Below are positions 14,993 through 23,779 of a DNA stretch of 38,219 nucleotides, one piece after another. The translations under genes were made by a program, and so were the position numbers. The DNA is from a virus. Lineage: Duplodnaviria; Caudoviricetes. A model generated the notes under the pieces. That model had not been told where the DNA came from, did not search any database, and saw only the letters and a program-made list of their open reading frames with translations. How positions within the stretch are numbered: position 1 is the stretch's first letter; every line of letters starts with the position of its first letter. Location: the IMG/VR virus record IMGVR_UViG_3300033485_000045, positions 1 through 38,219 of that record. One strand, 5' to 3'.

Positions 14993-17266
14993 TTAAATTC
15001 CTTTGAAATATTTTGTAGTAGGCTGCCCCCTTACTGGTTTAACCTCTTCTTTTCTTATGTCACCATTGATTATTAAGTGATCTAACGCTTTCTCGATTAC
15101 ATCTTGTTTAACATTCTTCATTTTATTTTTTAATACTGCAACGGTGATTCCATGGGTTGTGCTCATATAAGTTAGAATCTTTGAGATAATAGCCCCGCCT
15201 TTGTCGGTGTCAGTGTTTGCGTTGGTCATAAGTATTTTTGACTTCATATCTTCTTTAATCAGTTCATACGCCCACATTAAATGCTCTTCGTTTCGCTCAT
15301 GTTCTCCCATGCTTAGTATGAGGGCAATACGTGATACCATCTCAGCACCACGGCGGGTATATGCAACCATTCCATGGGATTCTTTTTGCACCTCTCCCAT
15401 CTCCCAAAAGTCCTGCCGTATTTGATTAAATAGGTTTTTTGCTTTTAATGAAGACGGTATTTTTTCTATTTTACCCATAAGCTCAACTCGTCCGTTATAG
15501 GTATGCCCAGCGTGATACATATTAGATAATATTGCCCCTAATGCTTTTAGCTCTTGGTCTTCGCCTTCAGGTGGCTTATAATCCTCTTTGTATTTTGGAT
15601 TATCTTCCAACTCTCTAAAAATAATAGCACGTGCAAAAAATCCATTATCTGCCATATCCTGATCAAGAAGGGTCGAGAATTTTTGTGGTGCAGTAAAGCC
15701 GATAATGTTAAGGAATGGATTAACAATCCCTTGATCGGCTTCAATCAAAAGATTTTTGATACGTGCATGGCGTTCTTTGTCATTATCTTTAGCCTCGTTT
15801 TCATCAATCTTTCGAGTGAGCGCATGGTATTCATTTTGCAATTCTTTTTTAAGTGCTTTTTTTGCGTCACCTGTTATCAATTGTACCCCGTTTGCTTTTG
15901 AATAAATACCCATTAGCGCACCAAAAATACCCTCTAAATAAGACGATGAACCGCTTTTTTGTCTAGCCCCTTGAATCTTTGCAAGCATCTCCCCTATTTC
16001 GTCAATGGTATAAAATGAGGCTTGATGGTCAATAATGTTTCGGTAAATCTCTTGTTCTGATTTAATATTACCGTGGACTGCTGATATTATGCCCGCCTCT
16101 CTCATAAGTGCGGTTAGTGATTGTAATATGCTCTCTTTACCCGTACCGCTTCCAGCAACACAAAAAGCAAATAAATTACCTGCTATTCCATCCTCTAAGC
16201 AGCGATAACGCAACCCCCCTGCGTTTGACACTGCCATGAGTGCAGCAGCTACCGCCAAATTTTCTCTTGGATACATAGAACGGCTATTAATCCATTTTGC
16301 AATTCGTCCAACTAATGCAGGGGGATTAAGTAGGTCGTATTGTTTACGCTTTGGCTCTTCAATATCTGGAATTTCACCCCAGTCTATTTCAGACGTGAAG
16401 GTTACATCGCCAATTTGATGAATATACCCATTTTGTTCTGCATAGTGAATAAGTGTGCCGATTGAAACTGGATTAGCACTTTTTCCGAATGAGTGCCAAC
16501 GGTTTGATAGTATTTCAGCGTTAGGATATTTTTTACCTTTTGCACTCCATGTGTTCCAAATATCAAACCCTAATCCATTGGTTGCATGATGGATAGCCAT
16601 GCCGCAACGCACCCAAATATCATGTTCACAGTCAGGGTCGATGCTATTTATCATTTCATTTAGTTCACTATCTGAAACGCTTAATTGTTCACCGTTGAAA
16701 GTTGATTTATATACGTCTTTCATTTCCAATAAATCAATAAGGCATTGTGGAGCTTCCATTATTTCAGATGGTGACCCGTATACAACTCTGTATTTGTTTC
16801 CGCTTTTATGGAGGCTACCAGCTCCCACAACAAACCCGCTACTTTTAAAGTCAATACCGCTGTAATCTTTATGGTGCTGATTTAATCTAATAGATGGTGG
16901 AGCTTTAAAATATAGATGTTTTGAACCTCCACCGCTTCCGGTTTCAACAATAAAACCGCACTCTAAAATTTCAGGGCATTGTTCTAAAAGTTTGGAATAG
17001 CTATCTATCCCTCCATTACGTGCATCTACGTCAATGACTATCAATCCCTTGCATAAAACCCCGTAACCTGTATCTAATTGTCCCGTGATTTCCATGCAGT
17101 CTAATTGGTCTTCATCCCACGGTTGCGTGACTTGCCAATTTGATGTTCTTGGATGCTTATAGAGTGCCGTACAATCAGGATTAAGACATTCACATAATCC
17201 GTCTTTTGTTACTCCATGCAAACCAAATATTGCATATCCTAAATCGTTGAATTCACGATACAGCAT
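14993..17266 (-). CDS. Bifunctional Prim-Pol primase with PriCT-2 and C-terminal helicase-like P-loop domain
   Basis: N-terminal CEC...C...KHP, VIDVD, TGSGGG.KHLYF; PriCT-2-like W...GMAIH...W..WS; AGSGTGKE Walker A and IDE Walker B. Confidence 0.9.
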   Translation of the reverse strand: MLYREFNDLGYAIFGLHGVTKDGLCECLNPDCTALYKHPRTSNWQVTQPWDEDQLDCMEITGQLDTGYGVLCKGLIVIDVDARNGGIDSYSKLLEQCPEILECGFIVETGSGGGSKHLYFKAPPSIRLNQHHKDYSGIDFKSSGFVVGAGSLHKSGNKYRVVYGSPSEIMEAPQCLIDLLEMKDVYKSTFNGEQLSVSDSELNEMINSIDPDCEHDIWVRCGMAIHHATNGLGFDIWNTWSAKGKKYPNAEILSNRWHSFGKSANPVSIGTLIHYAEQNGYIHQIGDVTFTSEIDWGEIPDIEEPKRKQYDLLNPPALVGRIAKWINSRSMYPRENLAVAAALMAVSNAGGLRYRCLEDGIAGNLFAFCVAGSGTGKESILQSLTALMREAGIISAVHGNIKSEQEIYRNIIDHQASFYTIDEIGEMLAKIQGARQKSGSSSYLEGIFGALMGIYSKANGVQLITGDAKKALKKELQNEYHALTRKIDENEAKDNDKERHARIKNLLIEADQGIVNPFLNIIGFTAPQKFSTLLDQDMADNGFFARAIIFRELEDNPKYKEDYKPPEGEDQELKALGAILSNMYHAGHTYNGRVELMGKIEKIPSSLKAKNLFNQIRQDFWEMGEVQKESHGMVAYTRRGAEMVSRIALILSMGEHERNEEHLMWAYELIKEDMKSKILMTNANTDTDKGGAIISKILTYMSTTHGITVAVLKNKMKNVKQDVIEKALDHLIINGDIRKEEVKPVRGQPTTKYFKGI

Positions 17267-17499
17267 TACGCACTCTTTTTCGTGCGTTCACCATCTAACA
17301 TCAAAACGTACATTTTTCCGTTTACAATCTTGGTTTTATATTTTTGTTTAACCGTCATAAAAATTGTTGCACGTACAGAATTTTTATGAAAACCTTTTAA
17401 ATCAAGTTCAAACGTATCACCTACTTTTTTATTTGCAAACGCATCACGGATGTGTTCCGCCAAATTAATCGGGTTCTTATTTTTTTCAAACGGGTTCAT
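17266..17499 (-). CDS. Small basic protein, possible transcriptional regulator
   Basis: 77 aa; first gene after promoter copy 3; VGDTFEL...SVRATI...YKTK pattern seen in small phage DNA-binding proteins. Confidence 0.55.
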   Translation of the reverse strand: MNPFEKNKNPINLAEHIRDAFANKKVGDTFELDLKGFHKNSVRATIFMTVKQKYKTKIVNGKMYVLMLDGERTKKSA

Positions 17500-17527
17500 G
17501 TATAGTCCTTATTTTTTGTTTGATGCA

Positions 17528-17556
17528 ATTATAACATAATTTTTTAATAATCGCAA
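17528..17556 (-). promoter_or_regulatory. Promoter TTGCGA-N17-TATAAT with extended -10 (copy 3)
   Basis: Spacer ttattaaaaaattatgt differs from copies 1 and 2 at two positions. Confidence 0.75.
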
Positions 17557-17559
17557 CGT

Positions 17560-17867
17560 ATTTTTAAAGATATTTAATTTTATTGTAATTATATTCGCCT
17601 AAAATAAGCTTGGAAGTGCGTACGCAGCGAGGTTTGCTCGTTATTTTATTATTTTATCCTAAATTGTTTTATATATACTCATATATAAATTCATACAAAA
17701 AATCAATCAAATGCCCATAGGGTAGGGATTCTCTTCTTTTTTCTATATATTTATATATATAGTATATATTAATATAATAATAAATAAATGAGTTTGTCCC
17801 CTTGTAGACGGAGTTATATTTTATTTTAGTAAGGATAAAATTAAATATAATTAATTTTTCTGTTTTT
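17560..17867. other. Candidate replication origin / divergent control region
   Basis: Non-coding and very AT-rich with TA runs; inverted repeat attttatcct/aggataaaat (17651-60/17832-41); palindrome tgcgtacgca; near the primase at the strand switch. Confidence 0.5.
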
Positions 17868-17898
17868 TTGCATAAATATTAAAAAATTGTGTTATAAT
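17868..17898 (+). promoter_or_regulatory. Rightward extended -10 promoter (copy 4 of the motif)
   Basis: taaaaaattgtgtTATAAT shares the spacer core of copies 1-3; TGnTATAAT. Confidence 0.7.
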
Positions 17899-17907
17899 GT
17901 CACATAA

Positions 17908-18095
17908 GCCAATCACGCCTCTATCAAAAGCGCATCAGATTGGCATCTGACAAAGTATCGTTTGATACCGTCGGAAAGTTATTTAAACGTAAATTGATAA
18001 AAGCTCTCTTTAAATCCATGCTAACCTGATGAGAAATACGCCTCATCTCGTCCTCTCTTATCGGGGAAGTACATTTGCAGGGCTGTTATCAGTTT
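17908..18095 (+). ncRNA. Structured 5' leader of about 200 nt
   Basis: gccaatc/gattggc; tctgac-gtatc/gatac-gtcgga; long stem 17991-18006/18080-18095 (15 of 16 pairs, G-U on + strand) enclosing gatgag/ctcatc. Confidence 0.5.
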
Positions 18096-18112
18096 ATAAT
18101 TAAGGGGTAAAG

Positions 18113-18502
18113 ATGAGTATAGATATTAAATTTCGAGCGTGGGATAAGAAATATAATGAAATGCTAGATGATGATTTTATATTATTTAATGGGATGATAT
18201 ATAGAGAACCACGTGATTTTGAAGATGGACGTAATACAAATGCTTTAGAGATAATGCAGTTCACTGGGCTATTGGATAAGAAAGGTGTTGAGATTTATGA
18301 AGGTGATATTGTACATTGTAAATGGTTTGATGATGAAGACTTAACAGAATTAGGAAGTATAGAGTTTAGGAGCGGTGGTTTTGGTTTATATTTTATACCA
18401 AAACATTCTACAATACCACAGTTTTACTATACAAATAGATTTGAAAGTTTTGAAGTAATCGGAAACATATACGAGAACCCCGAACTATTGGAAGTAAAAT
18501 GA
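18113..18502 (+). CDS. YopX-family protein
   Basis: IKFRAWDK, MQFTGLLDKKGVEIYEGDIV and EVIGNIYENPELL motifs. Confidence 0.93.
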   Translation: MSIDIKFRAWDKKYNEMLDDDFILFNGMIYREPRDFEDGRNTNALEIMQFTGLLDKKGVEIYEGDIVHCKWFDDEDLTELGSIEFRSGGFGLYFIPKHSTIPQFYYTNRFESFEVIGNIYENPELLEVK

Positions 18503-18771
18503 GCTTCACACTTGAAAAAATCTACCAATGCACACGTAAAGAGTACACAGAGCTAACTGGTATCACACCGCAAGGACTCATCCAACACTTAGAAGCTGAA
18601 ATAGCAATACTAGGACGCTCAATAGATATGTACCGTGAAGAGTATAGAAGTGGCGGTTCGGTAGCTAGTAAGTCACAACGTAGACTATCTGAGCTTATAA
18701 CGGAGATACAAGGAAAGATTGACCATAAGATAGCTAAGGTTATTGATATTAAAAGTGAGTTTGAGCTATGA
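18499..18771 (+). CDS. Hypothetical coiled-coil protein
   Basis: 90-aa ORF with ATGA overlaps. Confidence 0.7.
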   Translation: MSFTLEKIYQCTRKEYTELTGITPQGLIQHLEAEIAILGRSIDMYREEYRSGGSVASKSQRRLSELITEIQGKIDHKIAKVIDIKSEFEL

Positions 18772-19151
18772 ATAAGCAATTAATAGACAGATACTACGAC
18801 CTCACATCTGACTTCAACGACTCACTATCCCTAATCGCTATTCTTCTTATCATCCACAAAAAAAGCGAACTTACATTCCCGGAACTCAAAACACAACTTA
18901 ATGAATTAGAGTTTAAAGCTGATACGATTGATAATATCGAGGACATAGCCTTAACCACAGAGTCGCACGACATGGGACGGCTTATAAGATTGTTATCGCC
19001 TATCGACCAGCTATTTGTACGTGAGAAGCCTCGCGATATTCCTTCGACGATTACTGAAGGACGTAAGAAGTTTAAAAAAAAGATCATTCGTATAGTTAAA
19101 TGCCCTAAGACAAAAAAAAGATCATTCGGTCTATTTGGGGATGCGTTATGA
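18768..19151 (+). CDS. Hypothetical protein (possibly winged-helix)
   Basis: 127-aa coupled ORF; ILLIIHKKSELTFPELK resembles a wHTH start; basic C-terminus. Confidence 0.6.
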   Translation: MNKQLIDRYYDLTSDFNDSLSLIAILLIIHKKSELTFPELKTQLNELEFKADTIDNIEDIALTTESHDMGRLIRLLSPIDQLFVREKPRDIPSTITEGRKKFKKKIIRIVKCPKTKKRSFGLFGDAL

Positions 19152-19438
19152 TGTTTATAAACTGGTTAAAAAAAACAACCCATAGTCATAATTATAAAAG
19201 CTATGATTTTGTGCATCATGGATATACTTTATCATGGAGCGGAAGCATAGTTAAAAATTATATCAAAGTATATAAATGCAAATGCGGAGAAATAAAATGC
19301 GAAGATGGTTTTATTCTTTATAAGAAAAATAACGTTTTAACCGATGAAGATATCAAAAACTCATTTCCGTCACATGAAGTAAATTTTGTTTATCAAGATA
19401 TGGGCGGAAACCAGTTTATGGAGTATTATCGTGATTAG
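19148..19438 (+). CDS. Hypothetical protein with H/C motif (HSHNY...KCKCGE)
   Basis: 96-aa coupled ORF. Confidence 0.6.
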   Translation: MMFINWLKKTTHSHNYKSYDFVHHGYTLSWSGSIVKNYIKVYKCKCGEIKCEDGFILYKKNNVLTDEDIKNSFPSHEVNFVYQDMGGNQFMEYYRD

Positions 19439-19556
19439 TTTTATATACAAAGCCTTAAAGTATTACAACGACATCAAAGCGATTCGCAACGGCAGGATTA
19501 AAGAACGTATTTATAACCGACTACTCGGAAAACTATTTGGGAGGATGTATAAATGA
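19431..19556 (+). CDS. Small basic protein (41 aa, MISFIYKALKYYNDIKAIRNGRIKERIYNRLLGKLFGRMYK)
   Basis: GTG start after GGAG; fills the gap exactly; not in the ORF track. Confidence 0.6.
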   Translation: MISFIYKALKYYNDIKAIRNGRIKERIYNRLLGKLFGRMYK

Positions 19557-19714
19557 TATATTTGTACCAATGCCCCAACTGCAAACTCGAAACCGAAATA
19601 ACCAAACCGATGGCGGAAGTGGATCGCGTTGAGTATTGCCATATATGTGAGAATGAATTACAAAGAGTATGGCAAGCACCGATGGTCAAAACAAGTGACG
19701 GGACAAAAGCATAA
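19553..19714 (+). CDS. FmdB-like zinc-ribbon protein (53 aa)
   Basis: MIYLYQCPNC...E...M......CHIC...LQRV pattern; GGAGG RBS; not in the ORF track. Confidence 0.8.
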   Translation: MIYLYQCPNCKLETEITKPMAEVDRVEYCHICENELQRVWQAPMVKTSDGTKA

Positions 19715-20190
19715 TGGCATACAGTCAAGAGCAATGGGATCGGGCAAAGGCTTATTATGAAGCGGGGCAACATAACCCGCAACAGATAAGCGACCTTGTA
19801 GGTATAGAGCGATCAACTATTGTTAAAAAGGCTAAAATTCACAACTGGAAAAGTGGGGCAAATGCCGACTATATCGAAGCTCGTGTTATCGTAGCAGAGA
19901 AAAAGTCACAATTAAATTCACAAACTCTCAATGTGTTGGATAATATAGCGGATGAAACAATACGACATAAGAACCTAATCAACTCAAACGCTGAACTAAT
20001 CGCCTCAAAGATACCAACCATGTTAGAGCAGATTGATAGCCCCTCAGACCTTAAGACACTTGCAGAAGCAAACGACCGATTAGCAATCACTCTCAAAGTT
20101 GCAGATCGTCACGCCAAATCAGGTGATGTGAACGTCAACGCAACTGCGGCAGTCGGTATCCAAACTATAACGAGAAAAATAGTTGATTAG
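19714..20190 (+). CDS. terS: Terminase small subunit
   Basis: N-terminal HTH (W..AKA.YEAG...QIS..VGI.RSTI.KKAK..NW); directly upstream of the large subunit. Confidence 0.75.
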   Translation: MAYSQEQWDRAKAYYEAGQHNPQQISDLVGIERSTIVKKAKIHNWKSGANADYIEARVIVAEKKSQLNSQTLNVLDNIADETIRHKNLINSNAELIASKIPTMLEQIDSPSDLKTLAEANDRLAITLKVADRHAKSGDVNVNATAAVGIQTITRKIVD

Positions 20191-21391
20191 TCTTGACGAT
20201 CAAGGCAACCTCATTATAGAAACTCCACGGCACTTAGAGCCGATGTTACACCCCAAACGATATAAAGGGTTAAAGGGAGGACGTGGTTCAGGTAAATCGC
20301 ACTTCTTCGCTGAGGACGTAGTGGAGCGAATGATATGCGACCCGAACCATAACGTAGTATGTATCCGTGAGATTCAAAAATCCCTTAAGTTCTCCGCAAA
20401 AAAACTTGTTGAAGATAAGATTAGAGAGTTCCAAGCCTCGCACCTATTTGATATTAACCTCACGGAGATTCGTCGTGTAGGCGGTACGGGCGTAATGATT
20501 TTCCAAGGTATGCAAGACCACACCGCAGACTCTATCAAATCATTAGAGGGATTTAACACTGCATGGGTTGAAGAAGCGCAAAGCATATCCGCCCGATCAC
20601 TTGAATTATTACTGCCTACGATAAGAGCAGAAGGGTCGGAGATATTATTCTCTTGGAACCCTAACGATGAAGATGATGCGATTGAAAAACTATTCCGAGA
20701 AGAAGACCACAACTCTATTTGTATCCACGTAAACTACACGCAAAACAAATTACTACCGGACACGCTCAGGGATGAAGCCGAAAGACACCTAAAGAATAAC
20801 CCCGACACATTTAGCAATGTATGGCTTGGAGCATATCGAAAGCTGTCAGCTGCTCAAATATTTAAAAACTACGACATACAAGAGTTTGAGCCTCCATACG
20901 GTACAGAGTTTTTACACGGTGCAGACTGGGGGTTCTCTAACGACCCGAATGCTATCAACCGCTTATGGATAGAAGGCAAAACGATTTATATCGACTATGA
21001 GGCGCACGGAGAGCATACAGAAATTGACGATATTCCCGAACTATGGGAAACTATACCAAATATTAAACAATGGCAAGTTAGAGCCGACAACGCACGCCCT
21101 GAGCTTATTAGTCACATGAAGCGCAAAGGTTTTAGAGTTATGCCGTCCGAAAAAGGCGCGGGAAGTGTTGAGGCTGGTATCTCGTTTCTATTGAACTATA
21201 AAATAATCATCCATCCACGATGTAAGCACACCGCCAAAGAGTTCTCGAAGTACAGTTACAAAGTACACCGATTAACAGGCGACATACTGCCCGAAGTAGT
21301 GGACGATTGGAATCACCACATTGACGCTATACGATATGCCATAGAACCATTGATAAAAAACAAGGCTAATTTGTTTGCTAATATGATTTGA
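20183..21391 (+). CDS. terL: Terminase large subunit, PBSX family
   Basis: GGRGSGKSH, CIREIQKSL, WVEEA, DWGFSNDP and HHIDAIRYA motifs. Confidence 0.97.
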   Translation: MISLDDQGNLIIETPRHLEPMLHPKRYKGLKGGRGSGKSHFFAEDVVERMICDPNHNVVCIREIQKSLKFSAKKLVEDKIREFQASHLFDINLTEIRRVGGTGVMIFQGMQDHTADSIKSLEGFNTAWVEEAQSISARSLELLLPTIRAEGSEILFSWNPNDEDDAIEKLFREEDHNSICIHVNYTQNKLLPDTLRDEAERHLKNNPDTFSNVWLGAYRKLSAAQIFKNYDIQEFEPPYGTEFLHGADWGFSNDPNAINRLWIEGKTIYIDYEAHGEHTEIDDIPELWETIPNIKQWQVRADNARPELISHMKRKGFRVMPSEKGAGSVEAGISFLLNYKIIIHPRCKHTAKEFSKYSYKVHRLTGDILPEVVDDWNHHIDAIRYAIEPLIKNKANLFANMI

Positions 21392-21416
21392 ACCAAACCA
21401 TCATATCGGCTAAAAT
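21388..21416 (+). promoter_or_regulatory. Putative promoter TTGAAC-N17-TAAAAT for the portal gene
   Basis: Correct spacing; 28 nt before the portal ATG. Confidence 0.45.
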
Positions 21417-21444
21417 ACACCTAATTATCCTTTAAGGGGAACGA

Positions 21445-22905
21445 ATGAGTAACCGCAAACAAGTGCGCGACAATAAAAAAAGCTTTAAGACCGTTGACGG
21501 TTTCGCAAACTTAAATAGTAGATTAGGCGTAGGATTAGCTGAGAACAATCTAAGTCAAGGCCATTATCAATTTAACCTTATCACACGTAATCGTTTGCAA
21601 TTAGAAGCAAGTTATCGAGGCAACTGGATGGTAGGAAATATCATCGACGCTATCGCAGAAGATATGACCCGCGCAAAGATTGAGCTTAGACACGCGGGCG
21701 ACCCATCCGAAACAATGGAACTCGAACGCTCATTTACTCGTATGGGAATTTGGGGCGACATCACCGACGCGATTAAGTGGTCGCGCCTTTACGGCGGAGC
21801 TGTTGTAGTAATGATTGTAGAGGGTCAAGACCTATCGACACCGCTCAATATGGATACAATCTCCAAAGGGCAATTTAAAGGGCTTGTAACGTATGACAGA
21901 TGGCAACTGCAACCAACACTCGATGACCTCATCGGAGTAGATGAAGGTGCAGAAGCTGGATTGCCTCGATACTATTCAATCGTAAACAATATCACGGCGG
22001 GCGTAGATCAAGAACTCGGCACAAAAATCCATTACTCTCGCGTTATCCGAATGACTGGAATAAACCTCCCATATTTCCAAGCGATTACCGAAATGTTTTG
22101 GGGAGAGTCAATCATCGAGCGATTATTTGACCGCCTTATCTCGTTTGATACTGCAACAATGGGGGCGGCGAATCTTGTGGATCGTGCATACCTTAGAACA
22201 ATCGGAGTCGATGGATTACGTGAGATATTAGCCGCAGGTGGCAAAGCCGAAGAGGGTTTAATCTCGATGTTCTCTTATATGCGTATGCTTCAAAACAACG
22301 AAGGATTAACACTCACCGATAAGAACGACGATTTCCAAACGCATAGCTACTCATTCAGTGGAGTGAGTGATATTATCCTTCAATTTGGGCAACAACTCGC
22401 AGGGGCTTCAGGTATCCCATTGGTTCGATTATTCGGTCAATCACCAAGCGGAATGAGCGCAACGGGTGAGAGTGATATGCGTATGTATTACGATACTATC
22501 CTTGCTAAACAAGAGTCAATGTTACGAGAAGGTATCCAGCGCATCCTATCGGCAACGTATCGCTCAATCTACGGAAAGCCTATGCCCGAAGATACGACCT
22601 TCGAGTTTAAATCACTATGGCAAATGTCAGCGATTGATAAATCTACCATTGCGAACAATATCACGACAGCTATTACGACTGCATATCAATCGGGAATACT
22701 AAACGACGCAACGGCACTCAAAGAGCTTAAACAATCGTCAGAGATTACGGGGGTTTATACCAACATTACGGATGAGGATATTGTAGAGGCTGAGAATGAA
22801 CCACCTATGCCGTCCGTCGAAACTGTACCAACGGAACAACTGCCTACAAATGAAACGGGCGATAGTATTTCATGGACTGATAAAATAAAAGCGTGGGTGA
22901 AATGA
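21445..22905 (+). CDS. Portal protein (DUF1073 family)
   Basis: YRGNW....ID..AEDMTR, WSRLYGG, IHYSR and IPLVRLFGQSP.G..ATGESD..YYD motifs; follows terL. Confidence 0.92.
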   Translation: MSNRKQVRDNKKSFKTVDGFANLNSRLGVGLAENNLSQGHYQFNLITRNRLQLEASYRGNWMVGNIIDAIAEDMTRAKIELRHAGDPSETMELERSFTRMGIWGDITDAIKWSRLYGGAVVVMIVEGQDLSTPLNMDTISKGQFKGLVTYDRWQLQPTLDDLIGVDEGAEAGLPRYYSIVNNITAGVDQELGTKIHYSRVIRMTGINLPYFQAITEMFWGESIIERLFDRLISFDTATMGAANLVDRAYLRTIGVDGLREILAAGGKAEEGLISMFSYMRMLQNNEGLTLTDKNDDFQTHSYSFSGVSDIILQFGQQLAGASGIPLVRLFGQSPSGMSATGESDMRMYYDTILAKQESMLREGIQRILSATYRSIYGKPMPEDTTFEFKSLWQMSAIDKSTIANNITTAITTAYQSGILNDATALKELKQSSEITGVYTNITDEDIVEAENEPPMPSVETVPTEQLPTNETGDSISWTDKIKAWVK

Positions 22906-23048
22906 TAGACGCGGTATTACTCACCATTGGGTTTATTATAGTTATTGGATGGGCAATTTTCACATCAAAACAGCCTGATACTTCGATATGTGCTTTAGTA
23001 AAAGCAAACGGGGGGAAACGTGCCAAGCCTAAAACCAACCGCTACTAA
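22902..23048 (+). CDS. Small single-TM protein (48 aa, MIDAVLLTIGFIIVIGWAIFTSKQ...)
   Basis: Manual translation; ATGA overlap with the portal stop; fills the gap to the next gene. Confidence 0.5.
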   Translation: MIDAVLLTIGFIIVIGWAIFTSKQPDTSICALVKANGGKRAKPKTNRY

Positions 23049-23727
23049 GGCATCAGAGAAGCGTTACGCCTCTGATCTCCGAAAGATAGCTAAAGCCTCA
23101 TCTATGCTGATAATGTCACACGTAGATGATTGGCGGTTTGATTCATCAGCACTTATCCTATTAGCGAAATATGCCGAGAGTTTAACGCCTTGGGCTATCC
23201 GTACCGCTTCAAAAATGTTGAGTGATACTAACTCAAACTCAGATAGGTTCTTTTCGGCTCAAATGAAATCAATGGGTAAAGAATACAATCGACAACTCGC
23301 AGAAAGTATCGCAGGAATGAAGGCTAAACAGCTACAAAACGAACAAGTAGAGCTAATCAAGTCTATCCCTATTAAGGCAGGATTACGCGCTCAGGAGCTA
23401 TCACAACAAGCGGCAGCAGATGGTAAACGTGCATCTGAGGTAGCGAAAGAGATTGCACGTACTAATGAGGTAACAGAGGCAAGAGCTATGACGATAGCAA
23501 GGACGGAAGTTAGTAAAGCAAATTCGACATTCAACGAGGCAAGAGCATTAAGCATAGGAAGCCCGGGATATTTTTGGAGAACCTCTGATGATGGCGATGT
23601 ACGACCATCACACGCAGAAATGGAAGGGCAGTTTGTCGAATGGTCAAACCCTCCAACTCTTGACGATATGACAGGACACGCTGGATGCTTCCCGAATTGT
23701 AGATGCTATGCGGACATTGCGATTTGA
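23020..23727 (+). CDS. Head morphogenesis protein (SPP1 gp7 / Mu gpF family)
   Basis: RA.TIARTE, Y.WRTS.D.DVR.SH and HAG..PNCRC motifs. Confidence 0.92.
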   Translation: MPSLKPTATKASEKRYASDLRKIAKASSMLIMSHVDDWRFDSSALILLAKYAESLTPWAIRTASKMLSDTNSNSDRFFSAQMKSMGKEYNRQLAESIAGMKAKQLQNEQVELIKSIPIKAGLRAQELSQQAAADGKRASEVAKEIARTNEVTEARAMTIARTEVSKANSTFNEARALSIGSPGYFWRTSDDGDVRPSHAEMEGQFVEWSNPPTLDDMTGHAGCFPNCRCYADIAI

Positions 23728-23752
23728 CGACATACCCCCTACGTGCTAATAT
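23724..23752 (+). promoter_or_regulatory. Promoter TTGACG-N17-TAATAT (extended -10) for the head genes
   Basis: Near-consensus boxes with TG at -15/-14. Confidence 0.6.
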
Positions 23753-23779
23753 TATGACAATTTATAGAAAAGGCTCATT

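Noticed and set aside
18021-18070. Hammerhead ribozyme suggested by CTGATGAG-AAA
   Set aside because: No stem II followed by GAAA and no stem III/cleavage triplet arrangement; gatgag pairs better with ctcatc as a simple hairpin.
21445-22905. Anti-CBASS Acb1 annotation sometimes given to DUF1073 proteins
   Set aside because: Position after terL and length fit a plain portal; no C-terminal 2H-phosphoesterase domain with paired HxT motifs is evident.
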